From assembly GCA_943787445.1 (NCBI GenBank), contig CALSML010000023.1:2273-66272 (forward strand): a stretch of DNA of 64,000 nt, written 5' to 3'. This document shows positions 58,582-64,000 of this stretch, piece by piece (the stretch's first letter is position 1; every line of letters starts with the position of its first letter). The position numbers were made by a program, and so were the translations under genes. Below the pieces are notes generated by a model, which saw nothing but the letters and a program-made list of their open reading frames with translations, was not told the origin of the DNA and searched no databases. Origin of the DNA: an uncultured Alphaproteobacteria bacterium. Lineage in GTDB: Bacteria > Pseudomonadota > Alphaproteobacteria > UBA6615.

Positions 58582-58770
58582 CCCGATTATGAAGGCGCGC
58601 TGAAAGCCAACAGTAAGGCCTTCGAAGCGCATATCTATGACGGCGCCAATCAAGGCTCCCACAATGATTCGACCCCGCGCTATGACGAGAAAATAGCCGA
58701 TCTTGCCTGAGTTCGTACCATCGGCTGGTTCAACACCCATCTCACGCAAGCAGCAACCGGATTCGGCTAG
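58582..58770 (+). pseudogene. C-terminal fragment of a dienelactone-hydrolase-family gene with an in-frame TGA
   Basis: PDYEGALKANSKAFEAHIYDGANQGSHNDSTPRYDEKIADLA-TGA(58708-58710)-VRTIGWFNTHL matches the DLH tail (Y.GA.H.F.ND...RYD..AA..AW.R...WF), with the stop where Trp is expected. No N-terminal part. Confidence 0.6.
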
Positions 58771-58876
58771 CGCTGGGGCGACACAAGCTCCCAGCGCTGC
58801 CGATCATCTGCTGGCGATTGGCACTCGGCCAAAGCCAGAGAACGGGCCACATGGCGCGATGGCAGCCGCCGGCTAC

Positions 58877-59674
58877 CTAGTTGGGTACGGCAAAAGTTAA
58901 ATTTGCCCAAAGCGTTTCCCAAACCGCATTTGTGTCTCTATGGCGCTCATGCGGCTGTCGGAATATCACTGTATTCAACATGTATTCGGAGCCCGCCACG
59001 ATTGGTAGAACAGCGATGCCATCGGCGTTGGTATAATGAACCGATGCGCTCAGTTCGCCCGAAGAGGCTTTCGAATACATTTCGAGCTGAGAATCAGGAC
59101 GTGGCGCACCATTGAAGAAAAGCTGTACCCGAATATCAGTGGCAGCTTTCAGAAGGTAGGGGTTTTCTAGTGCGACCAGCTCGGCCTCAAGCCCTATATG
59201 ACGGTCGGCACCTCGTGCATTCCCGGCACTGATCAGCGACTTTGAATACCGGGTATAAACTTCGGTAAATCTGCCAGAGGGCAAGCCGCGCGCAAAATGC
59301 GTCTTTGCCATGTCATCCACGCCATGGTTGATGGCGAAAGCTTCGAATTTCTCAAAACTGTCATAGGAAATCGTTGTAGGTTCAGATTCGTAAACAATAA
59401 TGTTTAACCCTGAATCAGGTGCAGTCTGATCAAGTGCCGGTCGATCGCCAAGTCGGCTAACAACCCCCGCGACCTGATTTGCCCCCAGGATCACAAAGTG
59501 CTCGAAGTTGATCGGTAAATAGGGAATCTCCATTCCTTCGAAATTCTCGCCATTCTTGATGTGGGCGACCACATTGTCCGAAGTGCGGAGCTGATAATCT
59601 ATTGGCTCAATCCAAAGTTCGTGGGCAATGGCGGGCGAGGCCAACATGCAGACAAACAAAACTAGAATTCGCAT
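58877..59674 (-). CDS. DUF4198-domain periplasmic protein (Ni/Co uptake-associated family)
   Basis: ATG 59674: MRILVLFVCMLASPAIAHELWIEP...; HELW start of the mature protein is typical of DUF4198. Confidence 0.8.
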   Translation of the reverse strand: MRILVLFVCMLASPAIAHELWIEPIDYQLRTSDNVVAHIKNGENFEGMEIPYLPINFEHFVILGANQVAGVVSRLGDRPALDQTAPDSGLNIIVYESEPTTISYDSFEKFEAFAINHGVDDMAKTHFARGLPSGRFTEVYTRYSKSLISAGNARGADRHIGLEAELVALENPYLLKAATDIRVQLFFNGAPRPDSQLEMYSKASSGELSASVHYTNADGIAVLPIVAGSEYMLNTVIFRQPHERHRDTNAVWETLWANLTFAVPN

Positions 59675-60812
59675 GGCTAAATATCTCTCTCGGGTCTGGG
59701 CTGTTGCACAGGCACTGATAGTGTTTCTCTGGCTGGCCAGCACAAGTGCCAACGCCCATGAAGTATCTCCTTCGGTGGCCGATCTGTCACATCAAGATGG
59801 CGTTGTGACGCTGGATATTGAACTGGTGTTGGAAGGATTTCTGGCGCGCATTGATCTATCTGCTGTCACAGATACCAATGAAGCCGAAGCCGCCGCGATA
59901 CACGATGAATTGAGGGCGCTCGAAGGGCCGGAGCTCGAGGCCGAATTCGAACTGTTCTGGCCTTCTATGGCCCCGCGGCTTCGATTTTCTTCGGATGGCT
60001 TCCCGCTCAAACCAGAGCTTAGCCAAGTCTCAGTACCAGATGTTGGCAACATAGATCTGCCTCGGCTGTCCCAAATTCAGGTCAAGGCGGTTTTGCCTGC
60101 CGTTGCTCGGAATGTTGATATTGGCTGGGATCGGGAATTCGGCGCGCTCGTTCTTCGTCAAGTGAACGTCGAAGCCCCGTATGAGGCATACCTCGCAGCG
60201 GGGACCAGCAGCGGCCCATTCCCACTCGCGGGGGGAGGTGAACTTGGCACCTGGGAGACATTGACCCGCTACACTGTCGTCGGCTTCGAGCATATTATTC
60301 CCAAAGGACTCGACCATATCCTCTTTGTCCTTGCTCTCTTTTTCCTCTCTCCCACCCTTCGTGCTCTGCTTTGGCAGGTTTCGGCTTTTACACTTGCCCA
60401 CACGATGACACTTGCTGCGGGGGTAACGGGCCTTGTTTCCGTGCCCGGCGAGATCGTTGAGCCCATAATTGCGGCATCCATCGTATTTGTTGCGGTGGAA
60501 AACATCTTCACGTCGGGTTTGAGCCGATGGCGACCGATTGTCGTGTTTCTATTTGGATTGCTGCACGGACTTGGGTTTGCCAGTGTCTTCCAGGAGTTCG
60601 GACTCCCGGCAGACAGCCTTGTTCCAGCACTGATCGGCTTTAATATCGGTGTGGAGTTGGGTCAGCTTGCGGTCATCGCATGCGCATTCGCACTCGTTGG
60701 TTACTGGTTTCGGAGCAAGACTTGGTATCGCCTTGTCATTTCGAATTCTGGCTCGCTGCTCATCGCACTTGTTGGCGCCTACTGGTTCATAGAGCGCATT
60801 GGCATTGCTTGA
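59673..60812 (+). CDS. HupE/UreJ-family membrane protein with N-terminal periplasmic domain
   Basis: ATG 59673: MAKYLSRVWAVAQALIVFLWLASTSANAHE...; HILFVLALFFL, FTLAHTMTLA, LLHGLGFASV, GVELGQL. Confidence 0.8.
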   Translation: MAKYLSRVWAVAQALIVFLWLASTSANAHEVSPSVADLSHQDGVVTLDIELVLEGFLARIDLSAVTDTNEAEAAAIHDELRALEGPELEAEFELFWPSMAPRLRFSSDGFPLKPELSQVSVPDVGNIDLPRLSQIQVKAVLPAVARNVDIGWDREFGALVLRQVNVEAPYEAYLAAGTSSGPFPLAGGGELGTWETLTRYTVVGFEHIIPKGLDHILFVLALFFLSPTLRALLWQVSAFTLAHTMTLAAGVTGLVSVPGEIVEPIIAASIVFVAVENIFTSGLSRWRPIVVFLFGLLHGLGFASVFQEFGLPADSLVPALIGFNIGVELGQLAVIACAFALVGYWFRSKTWYRLVISNSGSLLIALVGAYWFIERIGIA

Positions 60813-60849
60813 CGGGAAGGTGTCGGGACGACCTCAGGGTTTGGCCTGG

Positions 60850-61145
60850 CACTGTCAGGGCAAATCGTCTTCAGCCGAGCGTACCTGGCGCGCGACGTAA
60901 AATTGTTGCTGCTCGACGAACCCTATGAGGGTCTCGCGCCGGTGATCGTGCAGGAGATCGAGCGTACGCTGGAGCAGATCAAGACCCTTGGAATGACCAC
61001 GATCATTGTCGAGCAGAATGCCATTGCAGCCCTGCATCTGGCCGACCGTGCCATCATTCTGGATATGGGGCAGGTCGTGTTCGACGGCACTGCTCAGGAC
61101 ATGCTCGACAACGCCGATCTGCGCCAGCAATACCTCGCCATCTGA
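60850..61145 (+). pseudogene. 3' remnant of a branched-chain-amino-acid-type ABC transporter ATPase
   Basis: Degenerate signature LSGQIVFSRAYLARDV, then KLLLLDEPYEGLAPVIVQEI...TTIIVEQNA...GQVVFDGTAQDM. Walker A and the whole N-terminal half are absent. G+C returns to the chromosomal level here. Confidence 0.75.
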
Positions 61146-61163
61146 TCCGGTCAGATCTGGGTG

Positions 61164-62039
61164 TCAGGCGCTCCGTCGGCGCATGAGATAGAGCCCGCTC
61201 GCTGCGATGATGAACCCGCCGAAGACAGTCGGCAGGTCCGGGATGTCACCAAAGGCGGCAAAGCCCAGAACCGACGCATAAATCAGTTCAACATAGGCAA
61301 AGGGTGCGACCACGGATGCAGGCGCCCATTGGTACGCCTTGATCAGACAGAAATGCGCCATCGCACCCAGACCGGCAGCGGCCATTAGGAAAACGATTGC
61401 TTCGGCGCTCGGGGTGATCCAGAAAAACGGGACGGCGATGGATGATGCAATCAGTCCGACCCAGGTCGCATTGTACAAAATGGTTGTCGGCCCGACCGAC
61501 TGGCTGATCGGCCGTGTCATGGTCTGATAGATCGCCACACTCACGGCTGCACTCAGCGGGACCAGCGCGGTCCAGTTGAACAGGCCGCTCCCGGGCTGGA
61601 TGATAACCAGAACCCCGCCAAACCCGATCACAATCGCGACCCAGTGACCGGGCGACACCTTCTCTTTCAGGATGATGACGGAAAGAGCTGTGATCAGCAG
61701 CGGGGCCACGAAGGCGATGGCAATGGCATCTGCCAGTTGCATCAGGCCGACGGCGACAAACATGGCGCAGATCGTGAGGGCCAGCATCAGACCGCGCAGG
61801 ACCTGCAGTCCCAGCATGGGAGAGGTGGCCATGCGGGCGATCCGCGGTGCAAACAGAGCTGACAACAGGACAAACTGGAACGCGTATTGGGACCACAGGA
61901 TTACGGCGATGGGGACATCGCCACGCACCGATTTGATGAAGGTGTGCATGGCAATGAAGCACAGTGAAGCAAAGCACATGATGCCGATAGCCTCGATCCG
62001 TGACCGGGGACGCGGCAGCGCGGGATTGGGTGACGTCAT
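61164..62039 (-). CDS. DMT (EamA) family transporter
   Basis: 291-aa, about 10-TM ORF with the duplicated EamA pattern; ATG overlaps the stop of the upstream GMC oxidoreductase (ATGA). Confidence 0.85.
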   Translation of the reverse strand: MTSPNPALPRPRSRIEAIGIMCFASLCFIAMHTFIKSVRGDVPIAVILWSQYAFQFVLLSALFAPRIARMATSPMLGLQVLRGLMLALTICAMFVAVGLMQLADAIAIAFVAPLLITALSVIILKEKVSPGHWVAIVIGFGGVLVIIQPGSGLFNWTALVPLSAAVSVAIYQTMTRPISQSVGPTTILYNATWVGLIASSIAVPFFWITPSAEAIVFLMAAAGLGAMAHFCLIKAYQWAPASVVAPFAYVELIYASVLGFAAFGDIPDLPTVFGGFIIAASGLYLMRRRSA

Positions 62040-63709
62040 GCGGCGAGCATTTCTGCCGATATTTTCTCTGCCAACATGATGGTCGGAATATTTGTGTTGC
62101 CCCGCGGCAAGGTTGGCATCAGCGAGGCATCCACCACCCGCAATCCGCTCACTCCGTAGACACGGCCCTGAGAATCGGTGACGGCGTTCGGGTCATCCGT
62201 AGCTCCCATGCGACAGCTCCCGGCAGGGTGGAAAACACCCGCGATGCTTTTGGTGACAATCTCATTCAGGGCGTCGTTGTCATGGGACAAGGTTTCGAGA
62301 TCGATACCGGGTTCGCACAATCCTGCAAGGATTGGTTTGCCAAGCGCAGGGAGCGTGTCGAACACGCCGGAGAGGATTTTCGCCCGGATGGTATTGGACA
62401 GGGTGATGTCGTTGAGTGCGCGCATCTTGTTCGGACGGGATACCGGTACGGCGCTGTGCCAGAGCGGTCGAATCTCGGGGGACATCAGCATATCGATGAC
62501 CTTCTGGACGCCGCCAACCAGACATTGCCGGTCACGATCATCACTGAGATAGTTGAACTCGATCCGGCATTCGCCGTTCTCCGTGAGGGTCACGGCACCG
62601 CGTGAAGCCGGTTTCAGGATGGTTGGCACCAGTGCGCCGATCCGCCGTCCTAGGGCGTGCCAGCCGGTTTTGCTGCTGATCGACATGCTCATGTCCAGTT
62701 CGCCGCAACCCGGGACACCGGAGGAGTAGCGTAGGGTTGCAATGGAATGGGATTTGAGCGCGGCGGGTTGGGCGGCTTCTTTGCGGAGCTGGGTCACCAC
62801 ATAGACGACAGCGTGGTTTTGCAGGTTTGCACCTACACCAGTGCGGTCTGCAACAACCCGAATGCCGGCGTCCTGAAGGACTTTGCGGGGGCCAATGCCC
62901 GCGCGCTGGAGCAGAACCGGGGATTGCAGGGCGCCGGCACAGATAATGATCTCACGGCTCGTAAAGGCCCGGGTCTGTCCGGCCACCTGTGCGCTGACAC
63001 CCGTAATGCTGGTATCCTCGCTGGTCAGTCCTTCGACTGTGACATCAGTCAGGATTTCCAGATTTTCGCGTGCGCGAATATCGGTATCCAGATAGCAAAT
63101 GGCGGCCGAAGCACGTTTGTCGGGGAATCGGCTCAGCGGCAGGGCGCCGATCCCCTCGCGAAACTCGGCATTGAGATCGGAAATTTCGGCGAGTTGCTGG
63201 TTGCGGCCCCAATCGGCCACGCCGTTCACGAAGGGGGGCCAGTCACCTCGGGGAACGCGCCGGATCGGGATGGGGCCATCCGCACCATGTGCGTCTCCGC
63301 GCGCATCGATATCGGTTTCCAGGGCCCGGAAAAAGGGGAGAACCTTGTCCCAGCTCCAGCCCATTGCGCCCAGTGAGTCCCATTCATCGTAGTCGAGCGG
63401 GAGGCCACGCAGGGCCACCATGCCGTTGATGGAGGAGGTGCCGCCCATGATCCGACCCTGACGAAACGGACCGGCCGGTGAATTGTTCCGGAGATAGGGG
63501 TGCCCGACCATGTTGCGCCACGCATAGGCCGGATTGAAATAGGACATCGGATACGTATCGAGAACGTCGGCGGGTTCCTTTCCGGGCGGGGTGTCCTGTC
63601 CCGCTTCGAGCAACAGCACGCGATTGGAAGATCTGGCCGAGAGCCGGTTGGCCAGGACGCAGCCCGCTGATCCAGCCCCAACAATGATGTAGTCGTACTT
63701 GTCGTTCAT
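62036..63709 (-). CDS. GMC-family FAD oxidoreductase (choline dehydrogenase-like)
   Basis: YDYIIVGAGSAGCVLANRLS, GGTSSINGMV, C-terminal HPAGSCRMG. Confidence 0.93.
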   Translation of the reverse strand: MNDKYDYIIVGAGSAGCVLANRLSARSSNRVLLLEAGQDTPPGKEPADVLDTYPMSYFNPAYAWRNMVGHPYLRNNSPAGPFRQGRIMGGTSSINGMVALRGLPLDYDEWDSLGAMGWSWDKVLPFFRALETDIDARGDAHGADGPIPIRRVPRGDWPPFVNGVADWGRNQQLAEISDLNAEFREGIGALPLSRFPDKRASAAICYLDTDIRARENLEILTDVTVEGLTSEDTSITGVSAQVAGQTRAFTSREIIICAGALQSPVLLQRAGIGPRKVLQDAGIRVVADRTGVGANLQNHAVVYVVTQLRKEAAQPAALKSHSIATLRYSSGVPGCGELDMSMSISSKTGWHALGRRIGALVPTILKPASRGAVTLTENGECRIEFNYLSDDRDRQCLVGGVQKVIDMLMSPEIRPLWHSAVPVSRPNKMRALNDITLSNTIRAKILSGVFDTLPALGKPILAGLCEPGIDLETLSHDNDALNEIVTKSIAGVFHPAGSCRMGATDDPNAVTDSQGRVYGVSGLRVVDASLMPTLPRGNTNIPTIMLAEKISAEMLAA

Positions 63710-63916
63710 CAGAATCCCCGTCCTGAACGTTTGAAGGCAGGAAAATGGCAGGACTGATTTCGATTGTCACGATGTGGTCGTCGAACACGGCGTTGAGCCG
63801 TCACACAACCTGGTTCGCTCTAAGGATTATAGCTGTTGCCAATTCATCTGTTTGCCACTGAGTGTCCTTCCCCCCTAAAACTGGGCCACTATTTTCAGAG
63901 ACTGAAGGGTGATGTG

Positions 63917-64000
63917 ATGGCTCGGAAACGTTATTCGGATGAGGACATACTCAAGCTGCTGCGTGAGATTGAGGTGAAGCTGTCGACTGGCAGTGACGTG
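63917..64000 (+). mobile_element. 5' end of an IS3-family transposase orfA (partial, runs off the window)
   Basis: MARKRYSDEDILKLLREIEVKLSTGSDV matches the usual IS3-family OrfA start (M.RKR.t.E.i..LRE.E....G..V). The left IR may begin near 63840-63855 (TG...CCACTGAGTGTCC) but is not defined. Confidence 0.65.

Larger units (their letters stand above)
52691..60849. mobile_element. degenerate tRNA-Ser-adjacent genomic island (lower G+C, recombinase remnant, gene fragments)
   Basis: Starts at the tRNA 3' end. Composition drops visibly. Contains a recombinase fragment, two other gene fragments and envelope/metal accessory genes. The right edge abuts a 5'-truncated ABC ATPase. No flanking direct repeat found by eye. 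Confidence 0.5.

Noticed and set aside
1-64000. Genome-wide reassignment of TAG to a sense codon as the explanation for the internal ambers
   Set aside because: About 28 well-defined genes here end with TAG at the expected C-terminus (pepA, ppx, rnd, aspS, rnr, topA and others). Reading through them gives long unrelated extensions with no nearby backup stop, so TAG must function as a stop. Only low-level suppression remains conceivable.

Overview
64-kb high-G+C chromosomal segment whose gene content and order are typical of Alphaproteobacteria (Rhodospirillales-like: pepA-holC-ndk, purN-purM, hda, ppk-ppx, rnd, aspS, dinB, divK, rpmG, rnr, topA, dprA, plsY, pyrC'-pyrB, ruvX, gatCAB). I call about 65 protein genes and one tRNA-Ser(GCT), with no rRNA and no CRISPR. 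From ~42 kb the content becomes accessory: a LysR-linked VOC/OsmC/oxidoreductase/GST/hydrolase cluster and a MerF-like + GDCCVxC pair. Directly 3' of tRNA-Ser (52.7-60.8 kb) lies a visibly lower-G+C, decayed island. It holds a serine-recombinase remnant, GDPD-like and sulfatase/PEA-transferase-like envelope genes, a domain-swapped photolyase-like protein, DUF4198/HupE metal-uptake genes and gene fragments, and it ends in a truncated ABC ATPase. An IS3-family element begins at the window end. The most unusual sequence-level signals are: (i) six in-frame TAG codons interrupting otherwise intact-looking genes (dprA, a sulfatase-type gene, a GIY-YIG gene, and three in a coiled-coil/Sel1 locus), in a window where TAG is also an unusually frequent natural stop; (ii) tightly clustered frameshifts in housekeeping genes (purM, DUF2066, hda, ppk, aspS, dinB), where resolvable at short G runs, so assembly or sequencing artefact is the leading explanation; (iii) a family of 8-7-8 palindromic REP-like elements at three loci, one set flanking a GIY-YIG nuclease gene as ~50-bp direct repeats; (iv) a G9 tract at the 5' end of the island GDPD gene. 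No canonical defence, toxin-antitoxin or secretion system was recognised. All family assignments come from visual motif recognition, not database searches.
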